64,000 nucleotides of DNA from Promethearchaeia archaeon (GTDB lineage: Archaea; Asgardarchaeota; Lokiarchaeia; Sigyniarchaeales; SOKP01), in the NCBI GenBank assembly GCA_029856045.1, contig JAHQWG010000025.1:94904-158903 (forward strand), read 5' to 3'. The translations under genes and the position numbers were made by a program. Shown in pieces: positions 1-8,820 of the stretch (within the stretch, counting starts at the first letter, position 1; each line of letters opens with the position of its first letter). The notes under the pieces were generated by a model. The model was not told the origin of the DNA. It saw only the letters and a program-made list of their open reading frames with translations, and searched no databases.

Positions 1-498
1 GATGCTGATGGTGGGCATGCAATGCCGATGGGTCCATGCGAATTATGTGATTATGTTGGATTGGATACTATGCATCATGTAATGGAATATTATGCAGAAA
101 CACTTTCACCCAATTTTAAACCAGGAAAAGTTATCTCAGAACTAGTTGAGTCAGGAAATCTAGGTGCTAAAACTGGTAAAGGCTTTTATGATTGGTCTGG
201 AGGAAGACCAAAAATTGACAAATCGCAAAAAGCAGGATTATTTGACCTTCAAACTATGATGGCTATTATGTTAAACGAAGGTTGTAGGATTTTAGAGGAA
301 GGTGTAGCTTCTGGATTTAAAATCATTGATGAAGCAAACATGGCAGGTATGAATACACCTGGACCTTTTGGTGCTGGTAAAAAGAATTTCGAAGCATGGT
401 CAAAATTATTGGATGAAATAGCAGACAAGACGGGAAAGGAATATTTAAGGCCTTGTGAACTTATGAAGTCAGGTGGCTTCGTGAAAATGCGAAAATAA
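1..498 (+). CDS. 3-hydroxyacyl-CoA dehydrogenase, 5'-truncated by window edge (paralog 1)
   Basis: Frame open from base 1 (DADGGHAMPMGPCELCDYVGLD...GAKTGKGFYDW); C-terminal 3HCDH domains similar to the two following paralogs. Confidence 0.9.
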   Translation, partial: DADGGHAMPMGPCELCDYVGLDTMHHVMEYYAETLSPNFKPGKVISELVESGNLGAKTGKGFYDWSGGRPKIDKSQKAGLFDLQTMMAIMLNEGCRILEEGVASGFKIIDEANMAGMNTPGPFGAGKKNFEAWSKLLDEIADKTGKEYLRPCELMKSGGFVKMRK

Positions 499-592
499 AT
501 TATTAAAAAAATATTAAAATTTTTATTCACTTCTTTTTTTTCTAATTAAACATTATTCTTATTAAATAAATATTGGAAATTGTATACAAATT

Positions 593-1783
593 ATGGTCGA
601 TATTAGCAATATTAAGACATTTGTAATAATTGGCGTTGGTACTATGGGTCGAGAAATTGCACAAGTAGCCCTCATGGCTGGCTTTGATAATGTTATATTG
701 AACGATATTGAAGAGGATGTAATGAATAGAGCTGAAGTATATATTATCAATGGACTTAAGAGGCTTGAAGCAAAAAATAAATTAGGTGAAGGAGTTAGTA
801 CCGAAATGATCATGGCAAAATTAGTAAAAGAAGCGGATTTAGTAAAGGCAGTGTCAAATGCAGATTTCGTAGTTGAAGCAGTTCCTGAAATTATGAAGAT
901 AAAACAAGAAGTATTTGAGAAATTGGGTAAATTTGCACCCGAGCACGCAATTTTAGCATCAAATTCATCAACAATGAGCATAACAAAAATAGCTGAACAG
1001 TCAGGGAGACCTGAAAAGGTAATAGGTATGCACTTTTTTATTCCTATCGTGGTTCTTAGGCTAATTGAATTAATTAAAGGAGAAAAAACATCTCAAGAAA
1101 CGATGGATATTAGTTATATGGTTGGAATGAAATTGCCAGCCCTTAAGGGTAAAAGATTTATAATTCAAATTGAAAAAGAAAGCCCAGGCTTTATCGTAAA
1201 TAGATTAACAATAGGAGGAAATATGTATTTAAATTGTGTTATTGATAATGCATTCGAGAAAGGAATTCCATGGGAAGATGTTGATGCAGACACCGGAGAT
1301 TTAACACAATGGGGACCTTTAGTAAAACTCGATTTTCTCGGCTTAGATGTAATATATCATTGTCAAAAATATTTTGAGGAGGCTCTCTCTCCAGATTTTA
1401 ACCCGGGAAAAGTCCTTACAAAGTTAGTCAAAGAGGGTAATTTAGGAAGCAAAACTGGAAGGGGTTTTTATGAATGGACAGCAGATGGAAAACCTAAATT
1501 AAAAAAGGGAAAAAAAGCAGGGCTTTTTGATCTTGAAACTTATATGGCTGTTCAATTAAATGAAGGTTGTAGATTATTAGAAGAAGGAATCGTTTCTGGT
1601 TATAAAATAATTGATGATACAATGCTAGCAGGTATGGATATGCCAGGTCCATTTAGTGCTGGAAAAAGAAATTATAAAAAATGGGCTGAATTGTTAGAAC
1701 TATTAGCAAACAAGACAGGAAAAGAATATTTTAGACCTTGTACTCTGATGAAATCGGGTGGTTTTATTAAGATGCGAAAATGA
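593..1783 (+). CDS. 3-hydroxyacyl-CoA dehydrogenase (paralog 2)
   Basis: GVGTMG Rossmann motif, EAVPE, SNSST, GMHFF, PGFIVNR, GSKTGRGFY, second C-terminal 3HCDH domain. Confidence 0.93.
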   Translation: MVDISNIKTFVIIGVGTMGREIAQVALMAGFDNVILNDIEEDVMNRAEVYIINGLKRLEAKNKLGEGVSTEMIMAKLVKEADLVKAVSNADFVVEAVPEIMKIKQEVFEKLGKFAPEHAILASNSSTMSITKIAEQSGRPEKVIGMHFFIPIVVLRLIELIKGEKTSQETMDISYMVGMKLPALKGKRFIIQIEKESPGFIVNRLTIGGNMYLNCVIDNAFEKGIPWEDVDADTGDLTQWGPLVKLDFLGLDVIYHCQKYFEEALSPDFNPGKVLTKLVKEGNLGSKTGRGFYEWTADGKPKLKKGKKAGLFDLETYMAVQLNEGCRLLEEGIVSGYKIIDDTMLAGMDMPGPFSAGKRNYKKWAELLELLANKTGKEYFRPCTLMKSGGFIKMRK

Positions 1784-1882
1784 AAAGATTAAATAATTGC
1801 AAAAACATAATCAATTTTATTTGAATAGTTTAATTTAACGATTTTTAATAAAGAAAAGATCTTTAGCTAGAGGGGACAAAAG

Positions 1883-3070
1883 ATAGTAGATATTAGCAAT
1901 ATTAAAAATATTGTTGTGGTTGGAGCTGGTATTATGGGTCTCGGTATCACTCAATCTGCATTATGGGGTGGTTTTGAGAAGGTTGTCTTGAATGATATCA
2001 AAAAGGAATTTATTGATAACGGAATTAAAAAGATTGAAGAGGGGTTGAGAAAATCCGAATCTAAAGGAAAATTAGGGGAAGGGATTACTACTGATGCACT
2101 TATGCCAAATCTGATTAAAGAAGTGGATCTCGTAAAAGCTATTGCAGACGCTGATTTTATATTTGAAGTAGTTACTGAGGATTTGAAAATTAAACAAGAA
2201 GTATATAAAAAATTAGGAGAAAATTCTCCTGAACATACTATTTTCGCATCAAATACCTCAACTATAAAAATTACAGAATTGGGAGAAGCTTCAAATCGCC
2301 CTGAACAAGTAATAGGGATGCACTTTTTCCTACCTCCATATCGTCAAAGAGGGATAGAAATAATGAAAGGTGAAAAAACTTCTGATGAAACTATGGAAAT
2401 TGGTGTGGCTGTTGGCCAAAAATTACCATGTCTTGATGGGAAAAGAGTGATTGCTCAACTTGAAAAAGAAAGTCCAGGATTTATTGTAAATAGGCTACTT
2501 TTATCCGCCCAAATTTATTTTAATTGGATTCTTGATCAAACAGAAGAAAATAAGATTTCATTGGAACAAATTGATGCAGATGCAGGTAATTTAGTGTTAA
2601 TTGGTCCATGTGAATTATCTGATTATCTAGGATTAGACACTTTTTATAATAGTATGAAATCATTTGAAACAATACTTTCTCCAGATTTTGCTCCTGGAGA
2701 AGTTCTCACAAAATTGGTCTCAGAGGGACATTTTGGTAAAAAAACCGGGAAAGGCTTCTATGATTGGATTGAAGGAAAACCCAAAATAGATAAATCAAAA
2801 AAGGCAGGATTTTTTAATCCAGAAGTGATGATGGCTATTCAATTAAATGAGGGGTGTAGGCTTTTAGAAGAGGGAGTCGTTAAGGGATACAAGATTATTG
2901 ATGATATTATGTTAAGTGGTACTGGCATGCCTGGTCCATTCGGCGCTGGTAAAAGAAATTATGAAAAATGGTCTAATATGTTAAATAAATTAGCAACCCA
3001 GATTGGAAAAGAATATCTTAGACCTTGTAAATTATTAAAATCTGGAAATTTCATTGAAATGAGAAAATGA
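1883..3070 (+). CDS. 3-hydroxyacyl-CoA dehydrogenase (paralog 3); probable ATA start at 1883 (ORF track starts at GTG 1916)
   Basis: GAGIMG, SNTST, GMHFF, PGFIVNR; upstream codons ATA GTA GAT ATT AGC AAT ATT AAA match the MVDISNIK start of paralog 2. Confidence 0.9.
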   Translation: MVDISNIKNIVVVGAGIMGLGITQSALWGGFEKVVLNDIKKEFIDNGIKKIEEGLRKSESKGKLGEGITTDALMPNLIKEVDLVKAIADADFIFEVVTEDLKIKQEVYKKLGENSPEHTIFASNTSTIKITELGEASNRPEQVIGMHFFLPPYRQRGIEIMKGEKTSDETMEIGVAVGQKLPCLDGKRVIAQLEKESPGFIVNRLLLSAQIYFNWILDQTEENKISLEQIDADAGNLVLIGPCELSDYLGLDTFYNSMKSFETILSPDFAPGEVLTKLVSEGHFGKKTGKGFYDWIEGKPKIDKSKKAGFFNPEVMMAIQLNEGCRLLEEGVVKGYKIIDDIMLSGTGMPGPFGAGKRNYEKWSNMLNKLATQIGKEYLRPCKLLKSGNFIEMRK

Positions 3071-3119
3071 GTAGCTAGAGAATCCAAATTATTTAGAGAG
3101 AAATTTCTAATGGAATTTA

Positions 3120-4184
3120 TTATTCTATTGCTGTAATATCTCCCTCTTGTAGTATAACTCTAATTTTTTCAGCGTCTTTGAGAAATTCATTTCCTAAACT
3201 ATCATCACCCAATTCAACGCATAAATCTGCAATTTTTTCACAATATTCTAAAGCTTCTTCAAACCTTGAGTTTGAAAGTGCTGTTTCTGTCTTTTCTAGC
3301 ATAACATCTCTTTCGAATAATGGTCTTAATAAAGGACTTACATCTCCACTTATTTCTAAGATATCTGCAATTATATTAATCATTTTTTCTCTATTATTTG
3401 GATCAATGGCAACCATCTTGTAGGTTTTTGTACCTAAAATTTTTTCAATTTCTGCAACGGGAAGTGCTCCTGGTAAATCTTGCTTATTACCAATTATAGC
3501 TGCATGAGTATTTGGTGCCTCATTTTTAATTAAGTCAAGAAAAAATCTACTTTTCTCCACATTTTCTATAGTAGAATCTGTAATTATCAGAACCCCATCA
3601 CTTCCTCTGATGAATTTATTCCATAAAAAGCTGAATTGTTCTTGGCCGGCAAAATCCCATAGTAGAAACTGCAATTTCCCAATTTTAATTGTTGATACCT
3701 CTCCAGAGATAGTGGGTATATGTTCCGTTGGGATTTCTTCGGATCTAATTAACCTTGTAGTTGTAGTTTTTCCAACACCAGAAAATCCGACTAGAGAGAT
3801 TTTTGGTTTTAAATTACGGTGTATTGCATCTAATGTTGGGTCAAATAAATTAAAAGTACTAGTATCAAATTGACCAGAAGTCATTATATCAGAGAAAAAA
3901 GTAAGAAATTCTTCTTTACATTTCAAAATCTGGCTTTCCAAGTTTTCAAATGATAGGGATAAACTACTTAAAAAGATTACTATTAATTTTAATTCTTTAG
4001 ATGTTGTATAACATACTCTTGACTTATAATAATCGAAATAATTAGTTTTATCAGTGGATCCTTTAAAAGCTTCTTTATTTATTTGATCTAATAAACTATT
4101 AAAGAGCTCTTGAGTGACTGTTTTTCCAAAATTGCGAAAGTATAATAAATTATTATCTTTATAGACATAAACTTGTCTTAAAAT
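3120..4184 (-). CDS. Longin-like domain + Arf-like small GTPase + C-terminal helical domain; probable ATT start at 4184 (track GTG 4193)
   Basis: G1 GFSGVGKT, G3 WDFAGQ, G4 NKQD; about 125-aa N-terminal alpha/beta domain of longin type. Confidence 0.85.
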   Translation of the reverse strand: MLRQVYVYKDNNLLYFRNFGKTVTQELFNSLLDQINKEAFKGSTDKTNYFDYYKSRVCYTTSKELKLIVIFLSSLSLSFENLESQILKCKEEFLTFFSDIMTSGQFDTSTFNLFDPTLDAIHRNLKPKISLVGFSGVGKTTTTRLIRSEEIPTEHIPTISGEVSTIKIGKLQFLLWDFAGQEQFSFLWNKFIRGSDGVLIITDSTIENVEKSRFFLDLIKNEAPNTHAAIIGNKQDLPGALPVAEIEKILGTKTYKMVAIDPNNREKMINIIADILEISGDVSPLLRPLFERDVMLEKTETALSNSRFEEALEYCEKIADLCVELGDDSLGNEFLKDAEKIRVILQEGDITAIE

Positions 4185-4375
4185 AAAAAACACCCTATTG
4201 ATATTAATAAGCTTATTAATGCAAATTTTTGCTTTCTTTATCTCATAATGAAAAATTTTAAATTTAAATTTATTTAATAAGGATTTTAATATATTATCCC
4301 TTCAATTAAAATTAATATAAATAGAGGTTTCAAGTTTCGAAATCATTAAAAAAGATCTTAAAAGGAAGATGAATT

Positions 4376-6118
4376 TTGAGTGAAAAAGTATCACATGGTA
4401 AGATTTGGAATTTTAAATACACTAAGCATGTTCTTTTTTTGTATTTAATTTTTTCAATATCATTGTTTCTTTTAGAATTCTTTTTAACTAACCAAGTTGG
4501 TTGGAGTTTCTTTATCACTTATGCGGGCATTTTCTATATTGCGCCTTATACCAAGCACGGTATTGAAGACCTCTTTGATCAATTTCATATAAAAAATAAA
4601 TTCAGAAACGTATTGGTTCCTTGGATTCTATTTTTTCTTATATTTGTCTATTGCGCATTATTTTTTATATCAGGCCTTATACCTTTTACTATTTACGCAA
4701 TCTATATAACTGCTATTGTAATTGTTTTTAATATTTTATTAACCATTAATTCACTTATCAGAATAGTTGCAGTTGGGTTTCATAGGAGAAAAATTGATAT
4801 ATTCCCTATAAATAGAGTTGAATTTGCTGCAATGGAACATTTAAAAAATGGAAATCTAAGTTTCTCTGAATTAAAAAATAAAATAAAAGGAATATTTAAT
4901 ATTTTTATTCAAAATGTTTATTTTGATGATGAAACAGCAGCTTCTTCCATATATCTTTTGTGTGGTCTCCGTTTAGCTGACAGTAATGAAAAAAATGTCT
5001 CTTTAAACGAAAAAGGAAAAAAAAGTGTGAAAATTTGGGAAGATACTTTAAAGAATCAATTGGAAAGATTTAATAAAATTCTCAACAGCAACGCCGTGCT
5101 AATACGGTCTTTTATTGGGTTATTTCTCATTAGTTTGTTTAAGATTTTTTTTGGGTTATTCAATTCTGACTCGTTGTTTGCAGAAGGTTTTGAAAATTTT
5201 CTTGATTGTGTAGCAGTTATTTTAATTGGAATTGGTATTAAATTTAAGAAAGAAAAATCTGTAAATATCATATTAGTCAGTTTGATGACATTTACTGGAA
5301 TTTCTATTTTGATTAGTTCAATTGGATCACTTTTTAATCCTGAACCAATATCAGCTTCAATTATTATTATTATAATTTCGATTATTTCCATTTTTTTTAA
5401 CACTTATTTACGCACATTAAAAAATTTTGTAGGGAAGAAAAATCGAAATTCTTCACTAGTAGCGAGTGCAATCGATAGTAGAGTGAATATTATGATTTCT
5501 ATTGGTATTATTGTAGGTACTTTATTTTCTGACCTTGGAGCAAATTTAGATCCTCCTTTTACTCTTTTTTATTATTTGGATCCAATTATTGCAATTATTG
5601 TCTGCTTTTTAATTTTTAAGGAGGTTGTTGAAATTATTAAAGAATTTATTACAGGTGAAGAGGAAGAGATAGAATTTGAGAGTTTTCAAATGAAATATGA
5701 AGAAATTTTTGAAGAATATATTGTTAAATGGATTCTCTCCGTTTATAATGATGATCCAGAGATAAAACTAACTATCAGACAACTAAATGAATATTTTCAA
5801 AAATCTTTGAAAAAAGGTGAAGAAATTTATACAGAATTTTCCCACTTTGGTCTATATCTCTTTAAAGAAAAGGGAATACATTTTATTATTACAAAACTAA
5901 TTAAAAATGATCTATTAAATCAATCAGTTGAAAATTATCTCACTTTAACTGAAAAAGGAGTATTTTTATATGAAAATTTCTACTCTGGGGAATTATTAGA
6001 AGATGTTCAGGATCCTTTTGATTTCTTTTTTGATGACCATAGTGATACAGCTAAGGTAAAATATCGAAAAAAAAAAGTCATAGAAAATTTTGAAACCGTT
6101 AAAAAAGGAAAAAAATAA
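4376..6118 (+). CDS. Cation diffusion facilitator (CDF)-like membrane protein with extra TM and winged-helix-like segments
   Basis: CDF-like segments SDSLFAEGFENFLD, SSLVASAIDSRVN, YYLDPIIAIIV; multiple TM helices. Confidence 0.65.
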   Translation: MSEKVSHGKIWNFKYTKHVLFLYLIFSISLFLLEFFLTNQVGWSFFITYAGIFYIAPYTKHGIEDLFDQFHIKNKFRNVLVPWILFFLIFVYCALFFISGLIPFTIYAIYITAIVIVFNILLTINSLIRIVAVGFHRRKIDIFPINRVEFAAMEHLKNGNLSFSELKNKIKGIFNIFIQNVYFDDETAASSIYLLCGLRLADSNEKNVSLNEKGKKSVKIWEDTLKNQLERFNKILNSNAVLIRSFIGLFLISLFKIFFGLFNSDSLFAEGFENFLDCVAVILIGIGIKFKKEKSVNIILVSLMTFTGISILISSIGSLFNPEPISASIIIIIISIISIFFNTYLRTLKNFVGKKNRNSSLVASAIDSRVNIMISIGIIVGTLFSDLGANLDPPFTLFYYLDPIIAIIVCFLIFKEVVEIIKEFITGEEEEIEFESFQMKYEEIFEEYIVKWILSVYNDDPEIKLTIRQLNEYFQKSLKKGEEIYTEFSHFGLYLFKEKGIHFIITKLIKNDLLNQSVENYLTLTEKGVFLYENFYSGELLEDVQDPFDFFFDDHSDTAKVKYRKKKVIENFETVKKGKK

Positions 6119-6135
6119 AAAAATTGAAAAATATT

Positions 6136-7071
6136 CTACATTTTTACTAATTGTCCAATTGAATCCATCATAGTCTGTTGTTTAGGTAGTCCTTTCATTA
6201 ATTCGGATTGTACTCTTTCGACTAATTGTTGTGGAGTCCATACTTGATTATTATTTTCAATTTTATTAACAGTATGCCATCCTCTGAAAACATAAACTTT
6301 ATCTCCTACTACCCTAAAAACTTCTCCAGTAATTTTTTTTGCAGCATCAGATGCTAAAAAGACGACCATAGGTGCAACATTACGAGGATTAAAAATATCA
6401 AAGCCAGTTTCATCCATTTTTTTCATAATAGGAGCAGTTTGCGGAGTTGCCTCTACTGTTAATCGTGTTCGAGCCACTGGAACAATACAATTAACGGTTG
6501 AATATTTTCTTAATTCACCAGCTAGGATAATTGTCATTGCAGCAATTCCCGCTTTTGCAGCGCCATAATTTGATTGTCCTAAATTACCTAATAACCCAGC
6601 ATCACTTGCAGTATTAATAATTCGCCCTTGAAAATTTGGATTAGTTTTTCCTGTTTGTCTGTAATATGCTGATGTATGACGACACATATTAAAAGTCCCT
6701 TTTAAATGAACAGCAATTACTGCATCAAATTCTGCTTCAGTCATATTGAAAATCATACGATCTCTAAGTATTCCTGCATTATTTATAACTATGTCTAGAC
6801 CTCCTAATTCATCAATAGCTTGTTTTATCATTCCTCCTGTTTTCTGAAAATCAGTTACGGAATCATAATTAGCAACAGCATTGACTCCAAGAGCTTTTAC
6901 TTCTTTCACAACATCATCAGCAACTTTACCTTCCCCTGATCCATCAGTAGAAGCACCCAAATCATTTATTAACAAATTACATCCTTCTTTTGCCATAAGT
7001 AATGCTTCTTCACGACCTAAACCTCTTCCAGCACCAGTTATAATTGCAACCTTTCCATCTAACATTCCCAT
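6136..7071 (-). CDS. SDR family oxidoreductase (MFE-2-like hydroxyacyl-CoA dehydrogenase)
   Basis: TGAGRGLG, INDLG, NNAGILRD, NYGAAK (YxxxK). Confidence 0.92.
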   Translation of the reverse strand: MGMLDGKVAIITGAGRGLGREEALLMAKEGCNLLINDLGASTDGSGEGKVADDVVKEVKALGVNAVANYDSVTDFQKTGGMIKQAIDELGGLDIVINNAGILRDRMIFNMTEAEFDAVIAVHLKGTFNMCRHTSAYYRQTGKTNPNFQGRIINTASDAGLLGNLGQSNYGAAKAGIAAMTIILAGELRKYSTVNCIVPVARTRLTVEATPQTAPIMKKMDETGFDIFNPRNVAPMVVFLASDAAKKITGEVFRVVGDKVYVFRGWHTVNKIENNNQVWTPQQLVERVQSELMKGLPKQQTMMDSIGQLVKM

Positions 7072-7206
7072 ATTTCTATATCACTCTTATTAAGTATTTA
7101 AAAACTCTTTTTTGTTATATTTAAACAATTTGATGGAAATTATTTATTTCTTATCAAACGGTTTAATATTTTTTAAAAAATCGAATAAAATTTACAAATT
7201 AAAAAC

Positions 7207-7932
7207 TCATAAAATCTCTTTATTTGCTTTTTTAATCCCGAAGATTAATTCCTTATTCTTCTCTATATAATTATGACCAAAACCCTTAATCTTATTAAGA
7301 GGTCCCTCAATTCCTTTTGGATTGCCGGTTCTGGTATATATAATAAATGACTGTTTAATTGCTTTTAGAACATTATATGGAGTTTTGAAATGATCAATCA
7401 ATTGAACTGCTTTTTTTGGACCAGTATCAAAAAGTCCTTCAATAATAAAAGACATTCTTTCTTCAATAGATAAACCTTTGGGCGCTTTTCGAGAGATAAT
7501 TGGTGCTTTATCTTCTATTTGTTCCCTTATTGCAATTCTTTCAATCACGATTGCAGTATCATCAATATTTCTGGTTGGGATTACACTGATTCCTAGCTTA
7601 TATGAAACATATGCTAATGCACCATAAATTGAGCTTATTTTCATTCCAGTATTATCAAAAACCTCGTCATTTAAGCCTTCAATTATAAGAATTGGTGTGG
7701 AATATGTATCTTTTAACCGTAAAAGTTGCTCAAACAAGCGATTATCCATAATTGATACCACAAAATCAAAACCAGTCTTACGTTCTATGGCAATTTCATT
7801 AGTGATAATAATATCTGCAACATCTAATTGCTTAGTTTGGAGTAATATTTGATCCTTCTTTTTAGAAAATATATCTATCAATTTCCTTTCGCGATTATCT
7901 AAAATAATTTGGAGGAGATTATTTGAAGCCAA
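7207..7932 (-). CDS. ERCC4/XPF-family structure-specific nuclease with HhH C-terminus
   Basis: LDNRE, ADIII, IERKT motifs; TTG start at 7932 lies 6 nt after AGGTGT (track start 7989). Confidence 0.88.
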   Translation of the reverse strand: MASNNLLQIILDNRERKLIDIFSKKKDQILLQTKQLDVADIIITNEIAIERKTGFDFVVSIMDNRLFEQLLRLKDTYSTPILIIEGLNDEVFDNTGMKISSIYGALAYVSYKLGISVIPTRNIDDTAIVIERIAIREQIEDKAPIISRKAPKGLSIEERMSFIIEGLFDTGPKKAVQLIDHFKTPYNVLKAIKQSFIIYTRTGNPKGIEGPLNKIKGFGHNYIEKNKELIFGIKKANKEIL

Positions 7933-8001
7933 TTTAATACACCTTGAAAAAATAAATGATTTTTGATTTAAATAAGCAATGACTGACAAAATTTTTTTAT
8001 T

Positions 8002-8820
8002 CTATTCGATGGAACCTTTAAATTCAACTCGTTCTCCCGTGTCAACTATTCTTCTAACTCTTTGTACATTTACTTCACGCATTTCTGTATTATTTTTAAA
8101 TTTTCGAGCAGGTTGGCCAATATAAGTCCAGTCTTTTTCTAACCTTTGTCCTATATTAGTCATTGCCCAAACACCAAGAACAGAACCCTTTTCCATAACA
8201 GTTCCAGGAGAAACAACCGCATAACCTCCTATTATGCAATGATCTCCAATTATTACCTTTTTAAGAAGCATATAATCTCCAATAACATTACTAGAAAGAA
8301 TTATAGCACCCTGTCCAACCATAATATTTTTTCCAAATTCTATAAACTCACTATCTACCCATCCATCAAATAAAGTGGATTTAAAATCAGCCTTCATTCC
8401 ACAAATCTTAAACGCGAGGTTTGTGATCCATGGGACCGGGAAAGAATTCCATACATAAAAAATAAATTTTTTAATAGTTGCACGAAAGCAATAGTAAAAA
8501 TAATCTTTATCCTTTAGATCAATTTTGAAGATTCCTTCTTTTGGTTTATGGATTAAATCTAGAAGAATTAAAAGAAGTTTTCCTACTCCTAAATTAATAA
8601 GCAAAAAACAAAAATACCAAGCTAAAATATCGATTGGTAATCTAATAATCATAAGGTTAAAAACTGTACTTCTCAAAACGTTACTATAGAAAGTAAAAAA
8701 AAGATATATTGTGGGAGAAAGGGCAATAAAAATCAAAAAAACATAAATTATACTAAATCTTTTCGCGATCGGAGGGCTTGTTGTAATAGGAACCTCGTCA
8801 GAATTGTAATTAATCTCCAA
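8002..8820 (-). CDS. Membrane protein with one left-handed beta-helix (hexapeptide) acyltransferase-like module
   Basis: Two TM helices then hexapeptide repeats (IEFGKNIMVGQGA, VIIGDHCIIGGYAVV) and YIGQPA. Confidence 0.8.
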   Translation of the reverse strand: MEINYNSDEVPITTSPPIAKRFSIIYVFLIFIALSPTIYLFFTFYSNVLRSTVFNLMIIRLPIDILAWYFCFLLINLGVGKLLLILLDLIHKPKEGIFKIDLKDKDYFYYCFRATIKKFIFYVWNSFPVPWITNLAFKICGMKADFKSTLFDGWVDSEFIEFGKNIMVGQGAIILSSNVIGDYMLLKKVIIGDHCIIGGYAVVSPGTVMEKGSVLGVWAMTNIGQRLEKDWTYIGQPARKFKNNTEMREVNVQRVRRIVDTGERVEFKGSIE

